Of a DNA stretch of 64,000 nt, positions 18,090-26,990 are shown in pieces. The stretch's first letter is position 1. Each line of letters begins with the position of its first letter. The notes below the pieces were generated by a model. That model was not told the DNA's origin. It saw only the letters and a list, made by a program, of their open reading frames with translations, and made no database searches. Origin of the DNA: an uncultured Verrucomicrobia subdivision 3 bacterium (lineage in GTDB: Bacteria > Verrucomicrobiota > Verrucomicrobiia > Limisphaerales > UBA11358); contig CAIKKJ010000151.1 in assembly GCA_903827955.1 (NCBI GenBank), positions 7,642 through 71,641 on the forward strand, read 5' to 3'. Both the position numbers and the translations under genes were made by a program.

Positions 18090-19634
18090 TTACCAATCCG
18101 TCTCGCGATAATCCTTCAGAAATTTCCCCCAGATATGTTCGCCGGTGTTCACGCCCGCGATAATCGGGTCCACGATGCGCGCCGCGCCGTCCACGATGTC
18201 CAGCGGCGGATGGAAGCGATGCTCCGCCACCTTGCGCTCGGCGATGTGCGCCGGATCTTCGTCCGTCACCCAGCCGGTATCCACGGCGTTCATGTGGATG
18301 CCGTCCACGTGATAATCGGCGGCGGCGGTGCGGGTCATCATATTGAGCGCGGCCTTGGCCATGTTCGTGTGCGGATGCCGCGTGGTCTTGAACTTCCGGT
18401 AAAACTGGCCTTCCACCGCCGAGACGTTGACGATGTGCTTGTCGCGCTCCGGCGTGCGGAGCATGAGCGGCTTGAGCCGCGCGTTGAGGATGAACGGCGC
18501 GATGGCGTTGACGAGCTGCACTTCGAGCAGTTCCACCGTGGGAACTTCGTGCATGAGAAAACGCCACGAATTGTGCCCGCGCAAATCCACCTGCTGCAAA
18601 TCCTGATCGAGCTGGCCTTGCGGGAACAAGGCTTGTTGCGCGGCCAACTCCTCAGCGAGGAGTGGCAATTGTGAAAGTGCGGCGGCGTGAGTGATTCCCG
18701 CGAGGTTTGAAACTTCCTGCAATTGGCCCGTCCGGCTCGGACCTTCCGGCAAAATGTGATAGCCGCGCAAGCCTTCGTAAGCGCCGAGCAATTTGGCCGC
18801 ATCCGGTGGCAAGTCATGCAACGACCCGTTTTCGCGCTCCATCATGTGCGCGTAAAAATCCGGCGGTCGCCGCACGGTCTGACAGGCGTTGTTGACGATG
18901 AAATCTAAGCGGCTGCGCGTCGTGAGTAGATGTTTGCAAAACGCCTCGACGCTCGGCGTATGGCGCAAATCCAAACCGAATATTTCCAACCGGCTGCCCC
19001 AGTCCTTGAAATCCGGTTCCGCCGCGTAACGCATCGCCGAATCGCGCGGAAAGCGTGTGCACACGATGAGCTGCGCGCCGGCGCGCAAAAGTTTTATCCC
19101 CGCCTGATAACCGATCTTCACGCGTCCACCGGTGAGCAGCGCCACGCGTCCGCGCAAATCGGCCGTCTCGGTGCGTTTGAAAAAATTTAGTTCCGAGCAT
19201 TTTGGACAAAGTTGGTCGTAGAAATGGTGAATCTGCGAATAATCCTGTTTGCAGATGTAGCAGTTCTGCGGCTCCACGACTTCGCGGAAGTTGGGATTAT
19301 CTTTCACTTCCTCCTGAATAAAACCTTTCGGCGGAAAAACATTCGGCGTGGTAAAAACTTTTTCGCGGCGTAATTTGCGGATGCCGGTTTCGTTCAGCTT
19401 GGAATCATCGCGCGACTGTTTCTCGGCCTTGCGCAGTTTGATCGTGGCCTTCACCAGTTTACGGCGCTGCGTCAGATCGGGGCAGTAAATATCTCCCGCC
19501 GCTTTCAGCAGCCGCGTGCGCTCCTCTTGACTCAACGCGCCGAGTAGCGCGCGGTTGGCCGACGCCTGTTCGAGAATCTCGGCAGCGGCCCGGAGTTGCG
19601 CGAGGGCATCGGAATTGTTTTTTGGAACGGACAT
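18090..19634 (-). CDS. SDR-family oxidoreductase with N-terminal zinc-ribbon extension
   Basis: 514 aa. Rossmann segment [23 protein letters not shown] motif (FIVNNACQ) and an SDR-like [11 protein letters not shown] segment. The N-terminal ~150 aa carry CYIC-x14-CPKC. Confidence 0.7.
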   Translation of the reverse strand: MSVPKNNSDALAQLRAAAEILEQASANRALLGALSQEERTRLLKAAGDIYCPDLTQRRKLVKATIKLRKAEKQSRDDSKLNETGIRKLRREKVFTTPNVFPPKGFIQEEVKDNPNFREVVEPQNCYICKQDYSQIHHFYDQLCPKCSELNFFKRTETADLRGRVALLTGGRVKIGYQAGIKLLRAGAQLIVCTRFPRDSAMRYAAEPDFKDWGSRLEIFGLDLRHTPSVEAFCKHLLTTRSRLDFIVNNACQTVRRPPDFYAHMMERENGSLHDLPPDAAKLLGAYEGLRGYHILPEGPSRTGQLQEVSNLAGITHAAALSQLPLLAEELAAQQALFPQGQLDQDLQQVDLRGHNSWRFLMHEVPTVELLEVQLVNAIAPFILNARLKPLMLRTPERDKHIVNVSAVEGQFYRKFKTTRHPHTNMAKAALNMMTRTAAADYHVDGIHMNAVDTGWVTDEDPAHIAERKVAEHRFHPPLDIVDGAARIVDPIIAGVNTGEHIWGKFLKDYRETDW

Positions 19635-19786
19635 TATTTAGCCACGCAGAATAACAGTGCCGCTTGCGGCGGGCGAATAAAAATGCCGGCGCTTTCGCGA
19701 ACCAAAGTTATTTCTCCTCTCCTCGCGAGGATCGCACTTGAGAATTTTTCGTTCCAGAATTTCTGACGCCGCCCCCTCACCTCAAT

Positions 19787-19808
19787 CCTCTCCCCCGAGG
19801 GGGAGAGG
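19787..19808. terminator. perfect GC-rich palindrome 3' of potD (possible transcript-end hairpin)
   Basis: CCTCTCCCCC-GA-GGGGGAGAGG lies 9 nt beyond the potD stop. No U-tract follows on either strand, so an intrinsic-terminator function is uncertain. Confidence 0.3.
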
Positions 19809-19816
19809 AAGCCGGA

Positions 19817-20857
19817 TTAATTCGCTTTCACCTGCGTCCAGATTTCGTCGTAGAGCCGGGTTTTTAGGCCGAGGTCTTGGAGAAATTCCAGCTTGGCGGT
19901 GGTTTCGGGCGAGGGATAGATGGCAGGATTTTTCAAATCCGCCGGACGGATGAATTCCAGCGCGGCGCGATTCGGCGTGGCGAACTGGGTGAAATCCGAT
20001 AGCTGCGCGCCATGTTTCGGATCGAGGATGAAGTTGATAAATTTCTCGGCCAGATCGCGGTGCGGCGCTTTGGCGGTGACAGCGAGATTGTCCACCCAAA
20101 TCTGGCTGCCTTCCTTCGGGATGAAATAAACCGTGTTGGTATCGTCACCCATGCCGCGCACGCCTTCGCCGCTGTAGACGATGGCGGTGCGCGCGACTTT
20201 AGCCACGACTTTATTTTTCCCGCCCACGCTGGCTTCAAATCCGGCGCAATGTTTCTTCGCTTCGATGATCAGGTCGCGCGCGGCTTTCAATTCTTTCGGG
20301 TCGGTGGAATTCAAACTGTGGCCCTGGTATTTCAACGCCGCGCCGACGAGGTCGCGCACGGAATCAATCAGAAAATACGAGCCGTCCCGCTGCTTGGCGT
20401 CGAACAGAACTCCCCACGTCGGCGGCACGGCTTTGCCCGCGTCCGTGCGCGCGAAGATGCCGACCGTGCCCCATTGATACGCGACGGTGAACTGGTTGCC
20501 TCGGTCGTAGGGCGGATTGAGAAATTTTTCCGTGAGGTTGGTGAAGTTGGAAATACTTTCCCGGCGCAACGGCGCGAGCAGTTTGAGCTTCACCATCGCC
20601 GGCACGAGATGATCCGGCACGACGACGACATCGTAGAGCGAATCGCCGCCGCCCTGCACTTTGGCGAGCATGGACTCGGCGTCTTCAAACAGGCTGATGT
20701 TGACCTTGCAGTCATTCGCTTTTTCAAACTCGGTGACGAGCTTGGGGTCAATATATTCAGACCAGATGAACAGATTCAACGTCTCGGCGGCGGTGGCCAT
20801 GGTTGCAGAGAAAACGATGATTGAAAAAATCAGCGCGCGTAAAAATTTATTTTTCAT
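19817..20857 (-). CDS. potD: spermidine/putrescine ABC transporter substrate-binding protein
   Basis: The start MKNKFLRALIFSIIVFSATMATAAE is a signal peptide and overlaps the potC stop (ATGA). It has the PotD/PotF-type N-terminus LNLFIWSEYIDP. The longer ORF-track start at 21127 would lie inside potC. Confidence 0.85.
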   Translation of the reverse strand: MKNKFLRALIFSIIVFSATMATAAETLNLFIWSEYIDPKLVTEFEKANDCKVNISLFEDAESMLAKVQGGGDSLYDVVVVPDHLVPAMVKLKLLAPLRRESISNFTNLTEKFLNPPYDRGNQFTVAYQWGTVGIFARTDAGKAVPPTWGVLFDAKQRDGSYFLIDSVRDLVGAALKYQGHSLNSTDPKELKAARDLIIEAKKHCAGFEASVGGKNKVVAKVARTAIVYSGEGVRGMGDDTNTVYFIPKEGSQIWVDNLAVTAKAPHRDLAEKFINFILDPKHGAQLSDFTQFATPNRAALEFIRPADLKNPAIYPSPETTAKLEFLQDLGLKTRLYDEIWTQVKAN

Positions 20858-21651
20858 TTGTGAACGGCTTTTTTCCTTTGCAGCAGTGTAAGCGCAAGCG
20901 TGGCGGCAAGTGAAGCCAAAATCATCAGCGTCGCCAGCGCGTTGATGTCGGGCGTGAGGCCGCGCTTCACGGAGGAGTAAATCAGAATCGGCAACGTCTG
21001 CGAGCCTGGCCCGCTGGTAAAAAAACTCACGACGAAATCGTCCAGGCTCAATGTGAACGCCAGCATCGCTCCGGCGAGGATGCCGGGAAAAATCAGCGGC
21101 AGCGTGATGCGGCGGAAGGTTTGCCATTCGTTGGCGCCGAGGTCGCGCGCCGCTTCTTCGAGCGCGGGATCGAGTCCGGCGAGCCGTGCTTGAATGATGA
21201 TGGCGACGAATGGAATTTGAAACGTGACGTGCGCCAGAATCATCGTCGTCAGTCCCAGTTCAAACCAGCCGAGCCAGTGATGCGCCAGTTCGTAAAACAT
21301 CAGCAGCGCGATGGCCATCACGATGTCGGGGATGAACACCGGAATGTGCAGCACGGACTGAAAGAATTTTTGGCCCGGAAAATAAAACCGTTTCAGCCCG
21401 TAACCGAGCATCGTTCCCAGCGCGGTGGCGATGAGCGTGCTGGTGGCCGCGAGCACCAAAGTGTTTTTCGCCGCCGTCAATGCGAGCGGATTATCTGCGA
21501 GTGCGGCATACCATTTCGTTGTGAAGCCCGTCCAGCCGACGCCGTAGCGCGCGGCGTTGAAGGAAAAAATCACGACCACGATGATTGGCGCGTAGAGAAA
21601 AAAGTAGAGTAACAGCGCCGTGCCGCGCAAAAGTTTTCCAGGCGGCTTCAT
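20854..21651 (-). CDS. potC: spermidine/putrescine ABC transporter permease
   Basis: 265 aa, six TM segments, EAA loop EAARDLGANEWQTFRRITLP, 4-nt overlaps with its neighbours. Confidence 0.88.
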   Translation of the reverse strand: MKPPGKLLRGTALLLYFFLYAPIIVVVIFSFNAARYGVGWTGFTTKWYAALADNPLALTAAKNTLVLAATSTLIATALGTMLGYGLKRFYFPGQKFFQSVLHIPVFIPDIVMAIALLMFYELAHHWLGWFELGLTTMILAHVTFQIPFVAIIIQARLAGLDPALEEAARDLGANEWQTFRRITLPLIFPGILAGAMLAFTLSLDDFVVSFFTSGPGSQTLPILIYSSVKRGLTPDINALATLMILASLAATLALTLLQRKKAVHK

Positions 21652-22535
21652 GCGAGTTCAATCTCCTTGCCGCCGTTTTTGCGCCGGTAAAGCCACAGGC
21701 CAAACAACACCAATGCGAGCGCCACCACGGAGATAGCCGAGCCGAACGGCCAGTCGCGGTTCTGTGTGAACTGTTGTTGCACGGCGTTGCCGAGCATCGC
21801 CGTTTTTGCGCCGCCGAGCAGATCGGGAATCACGAATTGCCCGGTGGCCGGGAGTAAAACGAGAATGATGCCCGCGAGCGCGCCCGGCAAAATTTGCGGC
21901 CAGACCGCGTGCCGAAAAACTTGGAAGCGGCCCGCGCCCAGATCCATCGCCGCCTCGGCGAGGCTCCAGTCAATTTTTTCCACCGAGGCGTAAAGCGGCA
22001 GCACCATGAACGGCAGATAGTCGCACACCATGCCGAGGCTCAACGCCAGCCAACCCGGATACAGCGCCTCGCCCGCCGCGCCCACGTCCAGCCAGTGCAA
22101 CGCGCGCGTGACCGGGCTTTCCGGCGAGAGAATAATCTGCCACGCGTAGGTGCGGATGAGCAGGTTCGTCCAGAACGGAATCACCACGAGCGTGAGCGCA
22201 ATATTTTTGCAGCGCCCGAGCCGCGCGATGAAAAAAGCCAAAGGCAACGCCGCGAGCAAACAGAGCGCCGCCGTGCCCGCGCCGAGCGCAAGGCTGCGCA
22301 GCAAAATTCCCGGATACAACAAGTCGAAACCGAGAAACCCAAAGCCCACGAGCCGCTGGTAATTTTCAAACGTGAGCGGTCGGGTGATTTCGCCGTAGTC
22401 GCTCCGCGAAAAAAAACTGATGCCCACGATGGTTGCCAGCGGCAGAAAGAAAAAAACGGTCAGCCACAAAACCGCCGGGCCGCTGATGAGCAGCGGGCGC
22501 CAGCCGGCGGCGGAATTTTTTTGTGGTTTAGTCAT
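21648..22535 (-). CDS. potB: spermidine/putrescine ABC transporter permease
   Basis: EAA loop EAAMDLGAGRFQVFRHAVWP and six TM segments. I chose the start at MTKPQKN (22535), 2 nt after the potA stop. The ORF-track start at 22571 would overlap potA by 44 nt. Confidence 0.85.
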   Translation of the reverse strand: MTKPQKNSAAGWRPLLISGPAVLWLTVFFFLPLATIVGISFFSRSDYGEITRPLTFENYQRLVGFGFLGFDLLYPGILLRSLALGAGTAALCLLAALPLAFFIARLGRCKNIALTLVVIPFWTNLLIRTYAWQIILSPESPVTRALHWLDVGAAGEALYPGWLALSLGMVCDYLPFMVLPLYASVEKIDWSLAEAAMDLGAGRFQVFRHAVWPQILPGALAGIILVLLPATGQFVIPDLLGGAKTAMLGNAVQQQFTQNRDWPFGSAISVVALALVLFGLWLYRRKNGGKEIELA

Positions 22536-23628
22536 CGAGCAAGACCAGCGCCTCGGCTGCAAGGTGCGCAAAGATTTCTTCGCCGGGCTTGAAGCCGCCG
22601 TTGGTATGGCTGGCGTTGAGAACCACGGCGCTCAAAGTATGATCCCCGCACCGCAGGCGGTATTGCGTTTCCGCGCCGTTGTAAATCACGTCCTCGACGC
22701 GCACTGGAATCACATTCGGCTGGTCGGCCAAACGCGCGGCCAGCAGCGTGAGTTTTTCCGGCCGCACCGCGAACGTCACCGCCCCGCCCATCGTCAACGG
22801 TCGCGAAGAATTTCTCCGCCCGGCTCCTAGCACGCCGAAAGGCGTCGCGACCACCAACGCGTCGGCGTTGATGGCAGTCACGTTGCCAGCAATGAGATTG
22901 CACGAGCCAAGAAACTGCGCGACGAAACGTGTGCGCGGGTGCTCGTAAAGATTTTTTGGCGAATCGAGTTGCTCGATGCGCCCGGCATTCATCACCGCCA
23001 CGCGATGACTCATCACCAGCGCCTCCTCCTGATCGTGCGTGACGCAAATGAACGTCGTGCCGAGCCGACGCTGGAGCTGGAGTAATTCGACTTGCAGTTC
23101 CTTGCGCAGTTTCAAATCGAGCGCGCCGAGCGGTTCGTCCAGTAGCAACACCTGCGGCTCGTTGATCAGCGCCCGGGCGAGCGCGACGCGTTGCTTCTGG
23201 CCGCCGGAAATTTCGCCGGGAAACCGCGCCGCGAGATCGGAAATTTTCACGAGGCTCATGGCCTGCGCGACGCGTTCCTTGATTTGCGCTGGCGCAATTT
23301 TTTTCATGCGCAGCCCGAACGCGATATTGTCGCCGACGGTCAGGTGGGGAAACAGCGCGTAAGATTGGAAGACGGTGTTCACCGGCCGCTGATGCGCGGG
23401 AATTTCCGCCGCCGCCACGCCGCCAATTTTCAACGTGCCGCCATTCAGCGCGTCGAGGCCGGCGATGATGCGGAGCAACGTGGTTTTGCCGCAGCCCGAC
23501 GGGCCGAGCAGCGAGAAAAATTCACCCGCACGAATCTCCAGTGAAACGCCGGCCAGCGCCGTCACGTTTCCGAAATTGCGCTTCGCTTCCTTGATCTCAA
23601 CCGCCAACAAATTCTGCGAGGCCGACAT
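22528..23628 (-). CDS. potA: spermidine/putrescine ABC transporter ATP-binding protein
   Basis: Walker A GPSGCGKTT, signature ISGGQKQRVALARAL, Walker B LLLDEPL and a C-terminal TOBE-like regulatory domain. It is the first gene of the potABCD order. Confidence 0.92.
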   Translation of the reverse strand: MSASQNLLAVEIKEAKRNFGNVTALAGVSLEIRAGEFFSLLGPSGCGKTTLLRIIAGLDALNGGTLKIGGVAAAEIPAHQRPVNTVFQSYALFPHLTVGDNIAFGLRMKKIAPAQIKERVAQAMSLVKISDLAARFPGEISGGQKQRVALARALINEPQVLLLDEPLGALDLKLRKELQVELLQLQRRLGTTFICVTHDQEEALVMSHRVAVMNAGRIEQLDSPKNLYEHPRTRFVAQFLGSCNLIAGNVTAINADALVVATPFGVLGAGRRNSSRPLTMGGAVTFAVRPEKLTLLAARLADQPNVIPVRVEDVIYNGAETQYRLRCGDHTLSAVVLNASHTNGGFKPGEEIFAHLAAEALVLLDD

Positions 23629-23821
23629 TGTGCCGCTTGTTTTAGCACGCCAGCCGCAGCGGGAATAGAAAAATTCTTACGCAGTGAAGAGTCGCGCTTG
23701 CGTAGGGCCTGTGTGAAACAGCGAACCAAAGAATTCGTCCTCATGCTCGTCCTCGACCTGCTGAATAACCGAGAACGACGACGACGGGACGAGCATGCGG
23801 GTCTTTTTTTTAAGACAGGCT

Positions 23822-24052
23822 CTTATCCGAATCTATGCCATAGAACATCCCGGGCGGAGTGGGTGGTTACGGAGCGCGGGCCGGACGGTTCGCGCTCCGT
23901 TCGCGTCCAAACCGGCCGCTCCCAAAATTCGCCCGGCGACCAAAGTCGCCAACCGCGAGGTCGCACCGCCTCCGCACGGAACGGTGGTTGCAAAAATAAT
24001 CCAGGCATTCCGCCCGTTCGTAGGTTGCAGCGGCATGGATTCGGCTTATAGC
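23822..24052. ncRNA. candidate structured RNA element in the potA upstream region (identity unknown)
   Basis: Nested long-range complementarity: CCGAATC/ATGCC (23827-23839) pairs with GGCAT/GATTCGG (24032-24044), and CGGGCGGA (23851-23858) pairs with TCCGCCCG (24009-24016). Internal hairpins are CGGAGCGCG/CGCGCTCCG (23870-23899) and GGCGAC-CAAA-GTCGCC (23935-23950). No convincing ORF is present. The strand is not determined. Confidence 0.3.
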
Positions 24053-24273
24053 AGTTCAAGCTAACGGGTGGGTAGGGCGTTGCTCTCAATGAAATGCGCC
24101 GATGTTATCGGGAACCGCTATACCAACGTCGAAGGAGCGGATTTATGGGGATGACGATGAGAATGATTTGATCCGGCGAGAATTTTTTTCGGTCGCCGCT
24201 CAAAAAATCACCGGCTATTTCGTGACGGTCTTCAACAGATTTTGTTTTTGCTCATCCGGCAGCGTGGTGGAGT

Positions 24274-26475
24274 TCAACCACGTCGTCGCGGCGGTGGGGG
24301 GTCGGTGCGGAGCCAGTTGCTTGCGATTGTTTTGATGGTGTTGTTGCGGTTGTTGGCATCGGGGATGGAATCCACGAATTGAGCCGCGAGGTCGGGATAT
24401 TGATATTTCGTGCTGCCGATATAATTCTGCATTGCGCTCTGTCGGGCGGAATCGTCCGGCAAGTTCGCCAGCCATGTGGCCGCGCCCTGCGGGTCGTTGC
24501 GCGCCCAGTTTTGCACGACGGTGTCGAGCGCCTGCTTGCGGGAATCGCCGGTGAAATTCGCCGCCCATTGCGAGGCGGCCGTCGGGTCGGCCTGCGTCCA
24601 CTGGCTGATGACGGAAATGGCCGCTGAATTTTGCGCAGGGCCGGCGGGCAGATTGGCAACGTATGTTGCTGCCGAGGCCGGGTCGTTTTGTGCCATGCCG
24701 CTGACGACGCCTTGCAGAAAGGAATTTTTCGCGTCGCCTTCCGGCATGGTTTGCAACATGGATTGCGCGGCGGCGGGATCATTCTCCGCCCATTGTCGCG
24801 CGGCGTTTTGCATGAAGGAATTTTGCTGGTTGCCGGCGGGCAACGACTGCGCGTATTGCAGCGCGGCCTGCGGGTCGTTCTGCGCCCACTGCGAACTGAT
24901 GGAGCTGATGGCGTTTTGTTTGGCCTGACCTTCCGGCAAATTTTGCGCCCACGTCAGCGCGGCGTTCACATCCGTCTGCGCCCATTGATTCGCGATACTG
25001 CTGATGAACTGGTCGCGTGATTGCCCGGGCGGCAGCGTGGCGGCGAATTCCGCCGCGCCTTTCGGGTCGTTTTCCGCGATTTGATAACTGGCGTTCATCA
25101 GCGCGTTTTGTTTGGCCTGACCTTCGGGCAATGATTTGATCCAGTCCATCGCCGCCTTGGGATCGGATTGCGACAGGGCGTTGGCGATGGAATACGCAAA
25201 ATTGCCCAGCGCGCTGGCGGGCAAAAGATTTGCGAGCTTCACGGCCTCCTGCGGATTTTGCCACGCGACCTGCTGCACGACGCTTTGCAAAACTTTGTTG
25301 CGCTCCGTGCCGGCGGGCAAGTCCGCCGCGAACTTCACCGCGGCATCGGGGTCAGATTGAATCCAGCCGTTGATGAGGCTGCCCAGCATTTCTGTGCGGC
25401 TCTTGCCGGCGGGCAGGGCGTTGACGAACTGCATCGCCGCCTGCGGATCTTGTTGCGCCCATTGTTGGGCGACGCCGGCGAGCGCCTGGTTTTTCCCCGG
25501 CCCCTCGGGCAGTTGCCTGGCGTAGGCGAGTGCGGAATTCACATCGCTCTGCGCCCAGCTTGAAAGTATTGAGCTGATGGTATTGCGCTTGTCGTTTGAA
25601 TTTGGCAGCGCGTTCGCCCAAGTCATCGCGGCCTGCGGATCTTTCTGCGCCCACGCCGAGGCGATGGCTTGATACGCCTGCGAACGTTGCTGGGCGGGTA
25701 GTTCCGCTGCCTTTGCTGCTGCGGTGGCCGGGTCTTTTTGTGCCCATTGTGAAAAAATCTGATAGGAACCGCCCATGCCGTAGCGCCGCGAATTGCCACC
25801 ACCCAACTCCTGTTCCAAATCCAGCGCCGCTTGGGGATCGGTTGCGGCCATCGTGCTGATGACATTCTGCAAGACCTGTTCGCGGAACGAACCTTTCGGC
25901 AGTTGCTTCACCCATTCGGCGGCGGCCTTCGGATCTTTCGCCGCCCACGCGCCAGCCACGATGCCCATACTTTGCTCGCGTTCCTGCCGGTCGGTCATGG
26001 CCTTGGCATAAGCCATTGCCGCCGGCACGTCTGCGTCCGCCCAGCGTCCGAGCAGCGTCCAACGAAACTGCCAGCGTTTGTCCTTGGATAAATTTTTATC
26101 CACGAACGCCAGCAGTTGCGGAATGTCCAAGGGGTCCACATCGGCCAGCAGCTTGAACAATTCCTGCTGCTCCTTTTGAAAACCAAAGCCGCTCATCCGG
26201 CCTTCTTTGCTCAGCGCAAGAATCTTCGCCTCAATGTCCGCAAGCGACATTTTACCCGCCGCTGGCGCCTCGGATTTTCTCGCCGCGCTGGCGGCTGCGC
26301 TTTGTGCGGCCGCCGCTATTTTCAAATCGCCCGGCGTTCCGGGTGCGTCCGTCGCGGTGGCGGATTCCGTGGCGGAAATTTTTCCCGGTGCGCGTTGCTG
26401 GCCGAGCCAGTAACCGCCGCCGCCGGCACACACGGCGAGGATCAATGACAGGAAGAAGCCGTTTTTCATGGGCAA
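24274..26475 (-). CDS. membrane-anchored helical repeat protein (~15 tandem ~36-aa repeats)
   Basis: 733 aa with an N-terminal anchor (FFLSLILAVCAGGGGYWL). The rest consists of repeats of the form ...I(S/A)xxWAQxDPxAAxxWAxxLPxGxxxxxA..., for example SSISSQWAQNDPQAALQYAQSLPAGNQQNS. Confidence 0.7.
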   Translation of the reverse strand: MPMKNGFFLSLILAVCAGGGGYWLGQQRAPGKISATESATATDAPGTPGDLKIAAAAQSAAASAARKSEAPAAGKMSLADIEAKILALSKEGRMSGFGFQKEQQELFKLLADVDPLDIPQLLAFVDKNLSKDKRWQFRWTLLGRWADADVPAAMAYAKAMTDRQEREQSMGIVAGAWAAKDPKAAAEWVKQLPKGSFREQVLQNVISTMAATDPQAALDLEQELGGGNSRRYGMGGSYQIFSQWAQKDPATAAAKAAELPAQQRSQAYQAIASAWAQKDPQAAMTWANALPNSNDKRNTISSILSSWAQSDVNSALAYARQLPEGPGKNQALAGVAQQWAQQDPQAAMQFVNALPAGKSRTEMLGSLINGWIQSDPDAAVKFAADLPAGTERNKVLQSVVQQVAWQNPQEAVKLANLLPASALGNFAYSIANALSQSDPKAAMDWIKSLPEGQAKQNALMNASYQIAENDPKGAAEFAATLPPGQSRDQFISSIANQWAQTDVNAALTWAQNLPEGQAKQNAISSISSQWAQNDPQAALQYAQSLPAGNQQNSFMQNAARQWAENDPAAAQSMLQTMPEGDAKNSFLQGVVSGMAQNDPASAATYVANLPAGPAQNSAAISVISQWTQADPTAASQWAANFTGDSRKQALDTVVQNWARNDPQGAATWLANLPDDSARQSAMQNYIGSTKYQYPDLAAQFVDSIPDANNRNNTIKTIASNWLRTDPPPPRRRG

Positions 26476-26603
26476 TAAGGGGAATGGGTTTGGGATTGGA
26501 CTGGCCGAGTGTCCGCCCGTTCAAAAACAAAGTCGAGCAAACAAAAGCCGTCGCGGATTTCTTGACCTCTCATTTCAAAGCCGCGAAACTGCTGGCCACA
26601 TTT

Positions 26604-26987
26604 ATGGCAACCAAATCCATCATCAAACCTAAAAACTCACCCGCCGCTCTCGGCCCTTACAATCACGCCGTGCGCGTCGGCGATTTGCTGTTTTGCGCCG
26701 GGCAGATTCCCATCAACCCCGCCGACGGCAACCTCGTCACCGGCGACATCAAGGTGCAGACCGACCGCGTGCTGCAAAACGTGAAGGCGATTCTGGACGA
26801 CCAGTGCCTGACCTTCGCGAACGTCGTGAAAAGCACGGTCTTCCTGACCAACCTCGGCGACTTCGCGGGCATGAACGAAATTTACGCGAAATATTTCACG
26901 GAAAATTTCCCCGCGCGTTCCACCATTCAGGTCGCCGCGCTGCCCAAGGCTGCGACGGTGGAAATCGAAGTCATCGCGCATTTTTGA
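26604..26987 (+). CDS. ridA: RidA/YjgF-family reactive-intermediate deaminase
   Basis: 127 aa from MATKSIIKPKNSPAALGPYNHAV... to ...ARSTIQVAALPKAATVEIEVIAHF, the classic YjgF/L-PSP pattern. The ORF-track start at 26304 was rejected. Confidence 0.88.
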   Translation: MATKSIIKPKNSPAALGPYNHAVRVGDLLFCAGQIPINPADGNLVTGDIKVQTDRVLQNVKAILDDQCLTFANVVKSTVFLTNLGDFAGMNEIYAKYFTENFPARSTIQVAALPKAATVEIEVIAHF

Positions 26988-26990
26988 ATT

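Noticed and set aside
23742-23811. Hairpin followed by T8 on the plus strand, looking like an intrinsic terminator
   Set aside because: There is no plus-strand gene upstream to terminate. The T-run can instead be the loop of a small GTCTT/AAGAC hairpin. It is more likely part of the potA-strand leader structure, so it is reported within that finding and not as a terminator.
23822-24052. Possible RNase P RNA: the plus strand contains GTAGGTTGC and GGATTCGGCTTATAG, reminiscent of the P15 and P4-3' consensus
   Set aside because: The universally conserved 5' P4 element (GAGGAAAGUCC-like) is absent on either strand. The J18/2 AGAUGAAUG-like element is also absent, and the element is only ~230 nt. 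The resemblance is probably coincidental, so I kept it as an unidentified structured element.
24140-24180. GGGGATGACGATGAGAATGATTTGA, looking like a tmRNA 5' end
   Set aside because: There is no UUCGAC acceptor/T-arm context and no tag reading frame with a resume codon. No ...CUCCACCA 3' end is nearby on either strand.
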